Shown: positions 1-10,602, counted from the first letter of the stretch. The stretch is DNA of 64,000 bases from Methanomassiliicoccaceae archaeon (GCA_963728405.1 CAVSJV010000002.1:224001-288000), one strand, 5' to 3'. The notes: generated by a model not told the origin, from the sequence alone. Numbers and translations: made by a program.

Positions 1-1309
1 GCTTGCCGGTGCGCATCATTTCCTCGAGGACCAGCATTACTTCCTGCGACCTTCCGACGGCGAACACCGGTATGAGCGTCTTGCCGCCGTGGCTAAGGGT
101 CCGTTCGATGATGGTCTTCAGCGCGTTGGCCGCCTCTATCCTGGACGGTTGGATGTCGCGGTAGCCGCCATAGGTGGCTTCCATTACCAACGTCTCTAGC
201 CGTGGGAACTTGTTGACCGTGGCATTGAACAGCCAGGTCCTTTCGAACTTCATGTCCCCGGTGAATGCGATATTGTACAGTCCATCCCCGATGTGGAAAT
301 GGCAGACCGCCGAACCAAGGATATGGCCAGCGTTCTGGAACGTGAGCCGGATGTCTGGGGCAATGTCCGTCGTCTCACCATATTTGAGCGGGATGCAGTG
401 GGCGACGACCTCTCGGACATGGGACGATTCGTAAGGGGCCTTCTTGCCTTCGCCGAATGACACCTTGATGTAATCCAGCTGCATCAGCGACATCAGGTCC
501 CGGGTGGGTGGGGTACAGTAGACGGGGCCGTCGTAACCGTACTTGTATAATGCTGGCAGAAGCGCGCAGTGGTCCAAGTGGGAATGGGTGATGACGACAG
601 CGTCCAGGTTGTCCAGCGGTTGGATCTCTGGGGCGTTGAAATAGGGAGTAGCTCCCTCTCTGTCCGAAGGGTCGACACCGCAGTCGATGAGCACCTTGCT
701 CTCTCTCGTGCTGAGGAGGGTAGCGCTGCGGCCGACCTCCCGGTAGCCGCCCAGAGCGGTCATGCGGACCCACGACTCGCCTTCGATGCGAGGCCTGGCC
801 AGCTTCCTCCCGACCTTCTTCAGGAAGGCTTTCCTCTCGTCGGAGATCTGCCGGAGGTAGTTCCTAATGTCGGATACGGTCTTGGAAGGCAGAGGCGGAG
901 CGCGCACGACCTTGGGCGCCCATCCGACCTCCTTCTTGATCTCATTGAGGATGCTTCCATGCTTACCGATGACCAGCCCGGGGGCGATCGCTTCAATGGT
1001 CACTTCCCCCGTGTCGTCCTCGAAATAGATATCAGTGATCTGCGCTTCCGCAGGAATGATCTCCCGTATGCGCTTCTCGACCTCTTCGGGGTTCGCGAGC
1101 ATGGAGGGGTCCGGCCTGATGGCCACCCTCCGCCGGAGACCTTGGGCCAGCTGCCTCACGATATCATTATTGGAGGCGAACTTCTCCATATCCCTGGTGT
1201 AGATTACCACTACTGGCCCTTCGAACTCGATGGCCGTGATGTTCACATCGGAAGGAGCGATCTTCCGTATCTGTTCCTTTGCATCCTCTAAAATTCTCTC
1301 CGCGCTCAT
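1..1309 (-). CDS. fttA: beta-CASP ribonuclease aCPSF1 / transcription termination factor FttA (KH-KH-MBL); 3' end runs off the window
   Basis: Manual translation from ATG at 1309: MSAERILEDAKEQIRKIAP..EFEGPVVVIYT..PGLVIGKHG..LGGYREVGRS..ITHSHLDH..AGHILGS..FTGD..MEATYGG. Adjacent to psmB, a conserved archaeal arrangement. Not given as a full ORF in the track. Confidence 0.95.
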   Translation of the reverse strand, partial: MSAERILEDAKEQIRKIAPSDVNITAIEFEGPVVVIYTRDMEKFASNNDIVRQLAQGLRRRVAIRPDPSMLANPEEVEKRIREIIPAEAQITDIYFEDDTGEVTIEAIAPGLVIGKHGSILNEIKKEVGWAPKVVRAPPLPSKTVSDIRNYLRQISDERKAFLKKVGRKLARPRIEGESWVRMTALGGYREVGRSATLLSTRESKVLIDCGVDPSDREGATPYFNAPEIQPLDNLDAVVITHSHLDHCALLPALYKYGYDGPVYCTPPTRDLMSLMQLDYIKVSFGEGKKAPYESSHVREVVAHCIPLKYGETTDIAPDIRLTFQNAGHILGSAVCHFHIGDGLYNIAFTGDMKFERTWLFNATVNKFPRLETLVMEATYGGYRDIQPSRIEAANALKTIIERTLSHGGKTLIPVFAVGRSQEVMLVLEEMMRTGK

Positions 1310-1378
1310 GAATAATTCCAGCTTAAATCTTTCAACTTGTCAGTTAGCGTTTAATAATAATGAAATTAGAAAAAAGGT

Positions 1379-2041
1379 TTAGATGTGTTTGGCGAAGCCG
1401 ATCATCAGCTTCATCTTATTGGCCCGGTCCAGGGTCTCTTCGGCGGACAGCTCCGTGAAGCCCTCCTTGTTGATAATTGCGACCGCGTAACCGTCGCCGC
1501 TGGCGGAATCCCGCCTCATAGCGGCGTTAAGCGCCCTGATGGCCAGTCCGACGGCGTCATCCTCGGACATGCCCTTCTTGTAATGGTCCTCAAGGACACC
1601 ATAGGCGAACAATGACCCGGAACCGATGGAAACATACTCATCCCTGATGGACCCGCCTGCCGCATCAAGGGCGAAAACATGGCCGCCGGATGAGTCGTTG
1701 CCTCCCATGATAAGTCCAACATAGTAGTATCCGTACGAGCCGCCTCCGCCCCTCATGATGTTCGAGAGTAAGGTCGCCGCGGAGTTAACTGTCATGGGGA
1801 CACCTTTCTTGAGCTTGTACAACTCGACCTCCGCCTTGATATATCGGGCGAGGAGCTGGGCGTCTCCAACCAGGCCTGCTACGGTAAGGCCCAGATTGTC
1901 ATCTATCTTGAACAGCTTGCGGACGTCCTTGTGGGCGATGATATTCCCCATGGTGGCCCGGTGTTCTGTTGCCATTACGACACCATCTTTGTATACGATG
2001 CCGATGGTGGTAGTTCCCGTCTTTAGTTCATCGTTAGCCAT
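1379..2041 (-). CDS. psmB: Proteasome beta subunit
   Basis: Short propeptide followed by KTG|TTTIG catalytic Thr; GSGS and RDSASGDG motifs. Confidence 0.97.
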   Translation of the reverse strand: MANDELKTGTTTIGIVYKDGVVMATEHRATMGNIIAHKDVRKLFKIDDNLGLTVAGLVGDAQLLARYIKAEVELYKLKKGVPMTVNSAATLLSNIMRGGGGSYGYYYVGLIMGGNDSSGGHVFALDAAGGSIRDEYVSIGSGSLFAYGVLEDHYKKGMSEDDAVGLAIRALNAAMRRDSASGDGYAVAIINKEGFTELSAEETLDRANKMKLMIGFAKHI

Positions 2042-2330
2042 AGCCCATCAACCCTTAAAATTGGTTAAAAGATGGATTTTGATTTTTCTATTCTCTCGAA
2101 TGAAGGCTGCCATATATATAACTTGTCGTATTGTGGGATGCCTAAATCGTGGAAGACGGAACAGCCAGTTGTCCGAAAACATTTGGAAGAGGGGCAGCTA
2201 AGGAGGCATGTTCAGGGCCGGGTAGGGAATACTCCTATGATTTCGCAAATCGAAATAGATTGATCGTTATCGCAGAGTACTTAACAGCCCTATCCAGTTA
2301 CTCTACCAAAAGTGAAATTTTTGGCAATAG

Positions 2331-2338
2331 TTTTAAAT
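2331..2338 (+). promoter_or_regulatory. TATA box of the candidate ncRNA
   Basis: TTTTAAAT preceded by purine-rich GGCAATAG, about 25 nt upstream of the structured element at 2361. Confidence 0.5.
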
Positions 2339-2360
2339 CAGTCAATGACAGTCCCAATTC

Positions 2361-2472
2361 TGGGACAGGTAGCGATTAAGACCACTCCTGTACACGCACT
2401 ACACTACTCGTGTGCTCCAAAACGGAAATTAGGATGGCTTCGCGCCAGGACTTCCCGTGCCTGCCTGTCTCA
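2361..2472 (+). ncRNA. Candidate structured non-coding RNA of unknown family
   Basis: 5' GGGACAGGTAG pairs with 3' CTGCCTGTCTC (11 bp, two G-U). Inner helices GTACACG/CGTGTGC, TCC/GGA, TCCT/AGGA, TGGC/GCCA. TATA box upstream, T-tract downstream, no credible ORF. Confidence 0.55.
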
Positions 2473-2490
2473 CTTTATTTCCTTTTTTAT
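2473..2490 (+). terminator. Oligo-T archaeal terminator on the + strand
   Basis: CTTTATTTCCTTTTTTAT immediately after the terminal stem; no + strand CDS ends here. Confidence 0.5.
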
Positions 2491-2492
2491 TC

Positions 2493-3020
2493 TTATCCAG
2501 TGGGCTTGATGGTCAGCGATCGATCGACCGTGAAGCCCAGGAAGTAGGATGTTGCTATGCCGCCCAGAATGCCGGTAAGCAGCCGTAGAACATTGTTTGA
2601 CTCATAGCCACCGGCATACTGGATCCCGCCATCGATGAGGATCGGCAAAGCAAGAAGGACCAAAGCGATCCAGGAGAACCGAGGGACTAGGAGGAGCACG
2701 ATGAGCATTCCGGCGACCAGCCCAAGGAATATGCCCACATCCCTGGCGCAGAATGGCATCTGGTTACCGTTCAAGTAAAGGGACCGCTCGCTCAACTGAT
2801 GGCAGTAAGTATCGCCGATGAGGTAAACGGCCGCGGAGAACGGGTTCATCTGATCGATAGCGGCAGAATTATCGATGCTCCCAGCCCGACCGCTCAGGTC
2901 GGTGACACTTCCGGAAGGGAGGGCATAGGGCGCGGCCAGTACAATCGCTAACCAGGCGATGAAGAATATCAGAATAGCTCGCTTGGCCTTGAATGGCTGA
3001 TCCCGCGGCATCCAGTCCAA
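2493..3020 (-). CDS. DUF2085-like membrane protein
   Basis: CHQLSERS...MPFCARD motif with several hydrophobic helices and a PILIDG motif. Confidence 0.85.
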   Translation of the reverse strand: MDWMPRDQPFKAKRAILIFFIAWLAIVLAAPYALPSGSVTDLSGRAGSIDNSAAIDQMNPFSAAVYLIGDTYCHQLSERSLYLNGNQMPFCARDVGIFLGLVAGMLIVLLLVPRFSWIALVLLALPILIDGGIQYAGGYESNNVLRLLTGILGGIATSYFLGFTVDRSLTIKPTG

Positions 3021-3105
3021 TCAAACGCCTCGGTTACATAATCGTTTGCAATCTTCGTCCGGGGACAGGGAAAGGAACATTAACTAAAATCGTCTCACCT
3101 ATTGT

Positions 3106-3528
3106 ATGTCCCCCCTTCCCGATGAGATGCTGGCCCTGAAGAAATTCCATGGTCACCTGGGACCATATGCCGTCCTTGGATATCGGATGGGCCTGATGGC
3201 CCGTCGGCGCTTTCCCGAGAGGATATATGCCATCGTCCACAGCGGAACCAAGCGGCCGCTTTCTTGTCTGGCCGACGGCGTCCAAATGGCCTCCTGTTGC
3301 ACCCTTGGCAAGAACAATATCACGGTGTTGGAGAATGGGGAGGCTAGAGTGGAGTTCTCGGACGGCCGATCTCATTTGGAGGTCTCCGCTCTTCCCGAGG
3401 TCCGGGTCGAGGTGGATGGGAGATGTACCCATGCCAACGAGGAGGAGATGGCCCTGCGCCTCTATCATGCCAGTGAGGACGAGCTCTTCACCATCATAGA
3501 AGGGCGGTCAGTCCCGTTCGGCAAATGA
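3106..3528 (+). CDS. FmdE-family (formylmethanofuran dehydrogenase subunit E-like) protein
   Basis: FHGHLGPYAVLGYRMG and CLADGVQ...CTLGK motifs. Confidence 0.85.
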   Translation: MSPLPDEMLALKKFHGHLGPYAVLGYRMGLMARRRFPERIYAIVHSGTKRPLSCLADGVQMASCCTLGKNNITVLENGEARVEFSDGRSHLEVSALPEVRVEVDGRCTHANEEEMALRLYHASEDELFTIIEGRSVPFGK

Positions 3529-5267
3529 ATGACACGATCACGAACACCAGGAATGCCACTGGGGTCCTGGTCGCGTAACAGTACGCAACTCCCTTCCAGC
3601 TCCTCTCGCCCATAATCAGCACAGTGAAGAAGGACACCAGGAATGAAAGCTCGCCAATGTAGATTCCTGTCACCAGGCTAATGTCAGAGGCCATGCTCCC
3701 AGCCATGGCGGCCTTGGTGCCGATGAGGGCGAACAACGCCCCGGTCACTCCGAGGACGATGGGGGCGAACACCGTTCCCGTGGAGCGCATCATCTCAACT
3801 ACGCCCCGCAGGCGGTCCTCGACCTTTCCCTGACAGGCCCGTAGGTCCGCCAGCATCTGAGCGAGATTAAGGGCGATCTGTCCGGCATAGCGGGGATCGC
3901 GCTTGGCACACTGCACCACAGTGACATAGGCGTTCTCAAGATCAGGTGACGCAGCCCTCAGGCTGCCCTCCGTGACGATGATCTCGTCGAGGCCCTTGCC
4001 CGATAGCCGAGCACGATAGTGGAGGTTCCTGGCCACTCCGGAGAACGAGCTCTCATGGAGGCCGCTGGACACATCCTCCAATGCCTTCTCGAAGGTTGCG
4101 CCCGATATCATCCGGTTCCCGATCTGGAACAAGGCGATTGGTAGCTTCCCGATCCAACGCTGCTCTCTTATTTCGAATTGTTACCTGGTCACGGAGCTTC
4201 CAGGCCAGGTATGCGCAGGGAGTGAGGATGATCGAGCCTGAGAAGGCGAAAGCCTTCAATTCACCAAGGTTCATGAGACCAACGATCGATACGGTCGCGA
4301 TCCAGGCCAGGAAAAAGGTGGGGGAGAATAGCTTGCCCAGGTCATCATTGCCCCGCACCATGCCAAGGGGGTTACGGGAGAGGATGTTCCAAGCATACAC
4401 CAATGCCGCGGCGGGCAGAATTGCTAACAATAGAAATGCCAGATAGGGGAACGGAATGGCTGGTGCCTCCTCCGCGCCCAGGGATGTCCCCAGCGACAGC
4501 AATGGAAGGATGGAGAAAAGCATGATCGGTAGCAAGGTGCCCAGGGAGAAGAGCACCATGGTCGGTAGGGAGAGGGATGCGACATAGGATTCCACCGCGT
4601 CCCGTACTCCTGACAAGGTAACCGAGTTCGCCTTGTCGAGCAAGCGGTCCATGCCTTCCTTGGTTCGTTCGCAGGTCGCCGAGACCACGAGATGGAAGGC
4701 CTGCCGGAGGGAGGCATTGGAACCATCAAAGGAGGACGACAGGTCATCGATGGCCTCGCTGAGAGAGCCTCTGGTCCTGGTGATATTCGACCAAAGCGCT
4801 TCCTTCAGTCTCTGGGATAGGATCCCCTGCCCCCTTTCTGATGCGAAGGCAACCGCCTGTTCCAAGGACGGCCGGACCTGCATGCTCATGGTCATACAGC
4901 CGATGGTCGAAGGCCCCTCTCCAAGCATCCGTCGCTCCTCGGCTAGGGCGAAGGTCTCCGGGGCGTTGAGGTACAGCGACGAGCATATTATGGGGGCAAG
5001 CAGAGAGGGGATCAGGCCATAAATGAAGACCCCTGGACCGAAGACCAGGGCAAGCAGGGCCATCGTGATCAGTGCGCCGATGGCGGTGAAGAGGAACAGG
5101 TTCCAAGCCCCTTTATGGACCGATACCTCCTCGACCTCGTTCCTGACCATCCACCTAGAACCGATCTCGGTCCGCTTGGGTCTCAGGACCCTTTCGAGGC
5201 CGTCAGGGGTCGCAAGTCCGGGCAGTTTCCCGAGAAGGCCTCGGAACAGGCGCTCACTCCAGGACAT
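3494..5267 (-). CDS. Type II secretion F / TadB-TadC-like membrane platform protein (one frameshift near 4135-4140)
   Basis: Track ORFs 4053..5303 and 3494..4132 join with one base removed (..EAT/ALFQIGNR..); PSLEQAVAFA and multi-TM pattern; directly downstream of the secretion ATPase. Confidence 0.75.
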
Positions 5268-7008
5268 GGCCTCCTCTCCCCTGGACATACTGGCGGAAAT
5301 CATCGACCATGGCCGAATAGTCCCTTTCCCCGCTGTCCATCCGATTCCAGAAGAACTCGTTGCATCGGAATACCCAGGGTGGCTCCAGGAACTGGGGGCC
5401 GGAGGCCTTGGCTGCCTTTAGTAGTATCTCCCTCATGTCGGTGCGTGCTTCGATGTTATCCAATGCCTTCCCGATAGGCATGTCCCAGGAGGCAGCGATG
5501 CGGGCCACGATGCTGGAGCCCCCGCTCAGGTCGACGACATGCTCGCCGGTGGCGGGGTCCTGCTTCATCAAATGGTTGAAGGAGACCTCATCCCCGCAGC
5601 GGCCACATTCCGCTGCTTCGATGAGCTTGCGAACCGACCGTGTCGATCCGCCCGGTCGGGACAGCCCCATGGTCAAGACCAGATCGGTGGCCAGGAACGC
5701 CTCTTTGGGTATGCCCATGTCGTGTACCACCCTTTCATAGACGGATCGGGCCGAATCGCCGTGGATGGTACCCATCACCGAAGACCCGGCCCGTCCCGTC
5801 CGCATGCTCTGATAAAGCGTCTGGGCTTCCTTACCGCGCACTTCGCCCAGCACAATGGCCGACTCCCCGAGCCTCAAAGATACTCTCAGGGCCTGGTCGG
5901 CCACCTCTTCGTTGCTCTGGTCCAGTCTGGTCTCCACGAACAACGATTGGACCTTGTAGCCGAGCGCCTGCATCTGGCGGGCCGGCAGCTCCAGAGTGTC
6001 TTCGATAGTCAAGATTCGCTGGGATAGGGGGAACTCGAACATCATGGCCGATAACAAAGAGGATTTCCCCGCTCCGCGGGGGCCGCAGATCAACATGGTG
6101 CTCCGGCCGTCTATCAGGAATGACAACAGGCCGGCGGTTCGGGCGTCGATGGAACCATTGAATGCCAGCTTTAGTAGCGTCCAGGGGGTTCGGGAATGCC
6201 GTCGCAACGCCACCGCCGTGCCTTCTGGCGATAGGGGCGGCCCGATGACTGTGGCTCTTGAATCATAGCCATCCACGTCGGTCTCCATTACTGGGAATGC
6301 CTCGGAGAAAGGCCGTCCGCTGCTCTGCCTCAGACGAGAGGTCAACTTAGAGATCTCCACCTCGGACACAGTGATGTTGGTGATGCACCGGCATACGGCG
6401 TTGGTACCGGCGATGCCGTTGACTGTGACATGGACCGGGTTCTCCGAGGAGGGAGCATCGACATATACGTCCTCGATCCGATCGTCCGATAACAGCACCT
6501 CGAAGAGACCGAGGCCCACGGTGTACCGAGCGACCATCTCGGACAGGCGAGCTATGGTGGCCTCTCGCTCTTCGATCCCCTTCCCCATATCAAGATCGCC
6601 CTCCGAGGTCTTCGACCGTAAAATGCGGGAGGAGCATTCCCGGACATGGGTCCGGAGATCGTCCGAGGACTTCGAGAGCACCGGTGGGGGGAGGAAAGGG
6701 ATCCTTTGGATCACATCCGTCAGGGCAGAGATCCAGGCGTTCGGAAGCCCATACTCCCAGGGTGTGACATGATACTGGAGACCGCCACCGTTCTCATTAG
6801 TAACGATGCTGACCTTGGCGCCGGCAACCTCATAGTCCTCCAGGACCCGGCGGTTAGAGGGCATTGAAAGAGTTGTCCAGCAGCCCGAGAAGGCCGGTCT
6901 CCTCATGACTCTCTCACGAAGCATTTTGGAGATTGCTCGGGAGGTTCCACTTTCTTCTTGAATCGGACGGGCCCGCCCGGCCGGTCGGACCACGACCCTA
7001 GTGCTCAT
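5254..7008 (-). CDS. Type II/IV secretion (CpaF/VirB11-like) ATPase
   Basis: Walker A GPRGAGKS, TIEDTLEL, LGEVRGKEA, GTIHG. Start placed at ATG 7008, overlapping the end of the upstream gene. Confidence 0.92.
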   Translation of the reverse strand: MSTRVVVRPAGRARPIQEESGTSRAISKMLRERVMRRPAFSGCWTTLSMPSNRRVLEDYEVAGAKVSIVTNENGGGLQYHVTPWEYGLPNAWISALTDVIQRIPFLPPPVLSKSSDDLRTHVRECSSRILRSKTSEGDLDMGKGIEEREATIARLSEMVARYTVGLGLFEVLLSDDRIEDVYVDAPSSENPVHVTVNGIAGTNAVCRCITNITVSEVEISKLTSRLRQSSGRPFSEAFPVMETDVDGYDSRATVIGPPLSPEGTAVALRRHSRTPWTLLKLAFNGSIDARTAGLLSFLIDGRSTMLICGPRGAGKSSLLSAMMFEFPLSQRILTIEDTLELPARQMQALGYKVQSLFVETRLDQSNEEVADQALRVSLRLGESAIVLGEVRGKEAQTLYQSMRTGRAGSSVMGTIHGDSARSVYERVVHDMGIPKEAFLATDLVLTMGLSRPGGSTRSVRKLIEAAECGRCGDEVSFNHLMKQDPATGEHVVDLSGGSSIVARIAASWDMPIGKALDNIEARTDMREILLKAAKASGPQFLEPPWVFRCNEFFWNRMDSGERDYSAMVDDFRQYVQGRGGHVLE

Positions 7009-7564
7009 GGTCGGGCACCACCCGGTAGGCGGTCTTGTTGACCAGTTCATCGGCCTGATCTAGGAGGGTTCGGGCATGGTCCAAGTTAGAGCGTAATGCC
7101 CGTACGCATTGCTCGCACGCTCGCCCATGGCTTCCCAGGGGGCTGGGACGGTCGGTGGCGAGCTCGGATGACGCCAGGGGCAGCGCCTCAATGACCCTGC
7201 TGACCGTCGAACGGAGGTTGGATGGGCAGGCGTCGCAGTCGTCGAAGAGTTGTTCGAAGCTCAGCCCGTTGCAGAAACGGATGACCTCGGTCAACCGCTC
7301 CATCACCATTGCGCACTCTCGATCGTAGACGATCTCCCAGTCCCTTGACAGCATGATCTCTCGGACCCCCGACGGGTCCGATGCCATCAGCCGCAGAACC
7401 CCCTTCAGGCAGGTCTGGTCGGCCAGGTCAGGGGTGTTCCGACAGTCCCGGCAATCCACAGTAAGCATACCTCGGTTCTTACGTCCGGCGCAGGCCAACC
7501 TCCCTGGAGCGTTCTTTTCTGCCCTTGCGTCTCTTCCTATGGTCCTGAAAAGGGTGATTCTCAT
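6998..7564 (-). CDS. Cys-rich protein upstream of the secretion ATPase
   Basis: CRDC, CDAC and CEQC motifs; overlaps the ATPase start in operon fashion. Confidence 0.7.
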   Translation of the reverse strand: MRITLFRTIGRDARAEKNAPGRLACAGRKNRGMLTVDCRDCRNTPDLADQTCLKGVLRLMASDPSGVREIMLSRDWEIVYDRECAMVMERLTEVIRFCNGLSFEQLFDDCDACPSNLRSTVSRVIEALPLASSELATDRPSPLGSHGRACEQCVRALRSNLDHARTLLDQADELVNKTAYRVVPDHEH

Positions 7565-7675
7565 GGTCCCGGAGCAAGTAGGGAACGAGGGGTCATTCGC
7601 ATTCTCGCTACAGTCAGGCTACAGCCCCGGTGGCAACTGCCTAATTTTATATCGGGAATGTACCATTGCACGAGC

Positions 7676-9601
7676 ATGGAGGTCCTAGCCCCAGCAGGTT
7701 CCAAGGAGGCGTTCAAGGCTGCCCTAGCAGGAGGGGCCGATGCCATCTACTTGGGCGGAAAGCTTTTCGGGGCCAGAAGGTTCGCCCAGAACTTCTCCGA
7801 TCAGGAGCTCAAGTGCGCCGTCCAGCTGGCTCATGACCGGGGGACCAAGGTCTATGTCACGGTCAACACTCTGATAAGGGACCAAGAGCTGCCCTCGGCC
7901 TACGGGTATCTGGACCTTCTCGACCATATCGGTGTGGACGCGGTCATCGTCCAAGACCGGGGGCTTGCCCGTATGATCAAGGAGAACTTCGGCCTCAAGG
8001 TCCACGCCTCGACCCAGATGGGCATCCATTCTCCGGAAGATGCCCGATGGGCCGAGAACATGGGCATGGAGCGGGTCATACTCTCCCGGGAGCTTAACCT
8101 GGACGAGGTTAAGAGCATCGCAGATTCCACCACGATCGGCATTGAGGTGTTCATACACGGAGCGCTGTGCTATTGCTTTTCTGGCCAGTGCCTGTTCTCA
8201 TCCATACTGGGCGGGCGGTCCGGAAATAGGGGCATGTGCGCGCAGCCCTGCCGAAAACGCTATTCGCTCGGCAAAAAGACCGGTTTCATGCTGTCGACCG
8301 CCGACCTGTTCTCGGTCGATGCTCTCCCCCGCTTGATCGATATCGGAGTCGATGCGGTGAAGATCGAGGGGCGGTTGCGCTCCCCCGTGTATGTTTACCT
8401 GGCATCCAAGATATACAAGAGCGCGGTGGAGCGGGCGGAACGAGGGGATGAGGAGCTGATCACCGATCGGGAGAGGGAACTGCTCTCGGTGGCATTCAAC
8501 CGAGGCTTTTCTCCAGGTTACCTGATGACCAACGATGTAATGCAGATGGCCTACCCAGATTCAAGAGGTCTGCCCTTGGGAAAGGCGGTTTCCCAGGGTC
8601 GTTCGGTGAGGGTAACGGGACTCAATCTCGAAGAGGGCGATGGGATCAAGTTCTATCGAAATGAGGAAAAGATAGGTGGTTTCGAAGTGAAGGGGCCCCG
8701 GAGGGAGGGGGGTGCAACGATCCTCGCTTCTCCGTTCAGGCTGGAGGCGGGCGATTATGCTGCCTATAAGACCAAGGACCGAGAGTTTCCGATGATCGAG
8801 AAGATGGTGTCCTCCTTGCCCTTCCCGAGCTGCAACGTCCACAGGCGTCAGGTCAAGTTCGATCTGCCAGAAGTAAAGAGGTCCTCGGGAAAGGGTGAGC
8901 TCTCTTTCTACGTCTCTTCGGTCCCCGCTTTCAAGGCCGTCCTGCCCTACGCCCATAGGGTCTATATTGATGCCGGGCAGCATGTTGAGGCGGTCAGGGA
9001 CGAGTGTAGGAGCTCCAGTGTGGAGTGCGTCGTCGTCCTTCCCCGGGTCACTCCACTGATACCTCCGGTCCCCGATGGCCCGGTCATGATCAATTCCCCT
9101 GGCCAGGGACTGAAGTGTCATGGACATAGATTGTATGGTTCTTACTTCATGAACTTCTTTAACGCGCTCAATGTCCCTGAACTCCACCAATATACCATGT
9201 CGGTAGAGCTGTCTAGAGAGGACATCGCCGAACTGACCAGGCACTACCTGGGCCGGCTTGAGGTCATGGTGTTCGGGCGCATTGAGCTAATGGTCACCAG
9301 AGACCCCTCTCTTCCAGATGGAACGTTGATCGATGAGAGGGGAAAAAGATTCCCGATCGCACGGGACCAGGGCGGATATGCTCATATCCTGAATTCCTCC
9401 GACCTCTTCCTGCTCGACTTCATGGATGAGATGGATGGGTGGGGCATTGACTCGTATGGCATCGATCTACGGAATCGGCCCCCAGACCTTTGCTTGATCG
9501 TAGCCCAGGCCTTTTCTAACCGAGACCTGCGGGCCAAGGATAGGATCAAGCGTCGGGTAGGCTCGATCACCGCCGGCCACTATCTCCGAGGTGTGCTCTA
9601 G
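7676..9601 (+). CDS. Peptidase U32 family protein (RlhA/TrhP-like Fe-S hydroxylation protein)
   Basis: MEVLAPAGS, GADAIYLG, HASTQ, HGALCYCFSGQC...RGMCAQPCR, KIEGR. Confidence 0.92.
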   Translation: MEVLAPAGSKEAFKAALAGGADAIYLGGKLFGARRFAQNFSDQELKCAVQLAHDRGTKVYVTVNTLIRDQELPSAYGYLDLLDHIGVDAVIVQDRGLARMIKENFGLKVHASTQMGIHSPEDARWAENMGMERVILSRELNLDEVKSIADSTTIGIEVFIHGALCYCFSGQCLFSSILGGRSGNRGMCAQPCRKRYSLGKKTGFMLSTADLFSVDALPRLIDIGVDAVKIEGRLRSPVYVYLASKIYKSAVERAERGDEELITDRERELLSVAFNRGFSPGYLMTNDVMQMAYPDSRGLPLGKAVSQGRSVRVTGLNLEEGDGIKFYRNEEKIGGFEVKGPRREGGATILASPFRLEAGDYAAYKTKDREFPMIEKMVSSLPFPSCNVHRRQVKFDLPEVKRSSGKGELSFYVSSVPAFKAVLPYAHRVYIDAGQHVEAVRDECRSSSVECVVVLPRVTPLIPPVPDGPVMINSPGQGLKCHGHRLYGSYFMNFFNALNVPELHQYTMSVELSREDIAELTRHYLGRLEVMVFGRIELMVTRDPSLPDGTLIDERGKRFPIARDQGGYAHILNSSDLFLLDFMDEMDGWGIDSYGIDLRNRPPDLCLIVAQAFSNRDLRAKDRIKRRVGSITAGHYLRGVL

Positions 9602-9652
9602 TGTGCTACTTGTAGTCCCATCTCAGATGAGGGGGGGCCCCTATCGAGCGGC

Positions 9653-10159
9653 ATGGAAAGGCAGACGGTCGTTTCCCGGTCAATTGGTGTATCGAGCTCA
9701 AAGGTGACCAACAGGCCGCGAACGGCCTTACTTAGGGGGGGCAGAGGCATTGGGGGCTTCTATGAGGCCATCATGGCCATGATGGTCGTGACAGCCGGGG
9801 TCGTCCTTCTGACCGCTTCCTTCGCCGTTCTGACCATGGATCGCGGTCAGGACGATCAGGGAACGGAAAGAAAGTGCGAGGAGGTCATGGGCAAGATGCT
9901 GAACGATCCAACGCTCATGATATCGGACCGACTGATGGACGATCGCTCCCTCTACCGCCTTGACCACGGATCGATGATGTCGAACTGGACCGGGGGTGGG
10001 AAGGTCATGTTGACCTTCCCGGACGGCAATTGTACAGTTCTTTACGACAGCAGTGGGGAGGTTGGCCAAGAGCGCGCCTGCCGCAGCGAACCGGTTAACA
10101 TATATCACAATCAAGGGGAGATTCGGGCCGCCCTTCTTACAGTGTGGGTGTGGCCATGA
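9653..10159 (+). CDS. Pilin-like protein (class III signal peptide-like N-terminus)
   Basis: RG(IGG)FYEAIMAMMVVTAGVVLL: basic residue and Gly followed by a hydrophobic helix with an early acidic residue. Start uncertain. Confidence 0.55.
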   Translation: MERQTVVSRSIGVSSSKVTNRPRTALLRGGRGIGGFYEAIMAMMVVTAGVVLLTASFAVLTMDRGQDDQGTERKCEEVMGKMLNDPTLMISDRLMDDRSLYRLDHGSMMSNWTGGGKVMLTFPDGNCTVLYDSSGEVGQERACRSEPVNIYHNQGEIRAALLTVWVWP

Positions 10160-10602
10160 TGGGGAAGAGAGATGGTATTGCCGCGTTGTTCGACGCCCTT
10201 ATATTCCTGGCCATTGCTTCTCTCGTCTCGGTCGCCCTGTTCTCAGCCTTCAATGCCGAGGATCGGGAGCCGTGCGGGGACGAGCGGTCGAGGGTTGAGG
10301 CCGCGCATCAGGTCCTCCTCCGCTCCACTATAGAGGATAATGAGGGCAATGCCCTTTCCTTGGAAGAGCTTTTCAAACTATCTGGTCCGGAGGGATGGGT
10401 GAATAAAGAAAGGATCGAAAAGATACTGGACCTCCTGCTCCCAGGCCTGGGATGGAAGTGGACGGTGCTGTCTGGAGAGAACATGATCGATTACGGTTCA
10501 GCCCCTGTCCCCGGACCGGGGGAGCCGTTGTTCTGCTCGCTGGTGCGCGCCCCTATTAATGGTGAGGAAATGGTGTTCCGTCTAGAGGCCTGGAGCACCT
10601 AG
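10156..10602 (+). CDS. Pilin-like protein
   Basis: KRDG|IAALFDALIFLAIASLVSVALF; ATGA overlap with the previous gene. Confidence 0.6.
   Translation: MMGKRDGIAALFDALIFLAIASLVSVALFSAFNAEDREPCGDERSRVEAAHQVLLRSTIEDNEGNALSLEELFKLSGPEGWVNKERIEKILDLLLPGLGWKWTVLSGENMIDYGSAPVPGPGEPLFCSLVRAPINGEEMVFRLEAWST

Noticed and set aside
6998-7050. Cys-rich gene and ATPase as one frameshifted gene
   Set aside because: An ATG at 7008 overlapping the end of the upstream gene fits normal translational coupling; fusion is neither required nor excluded.
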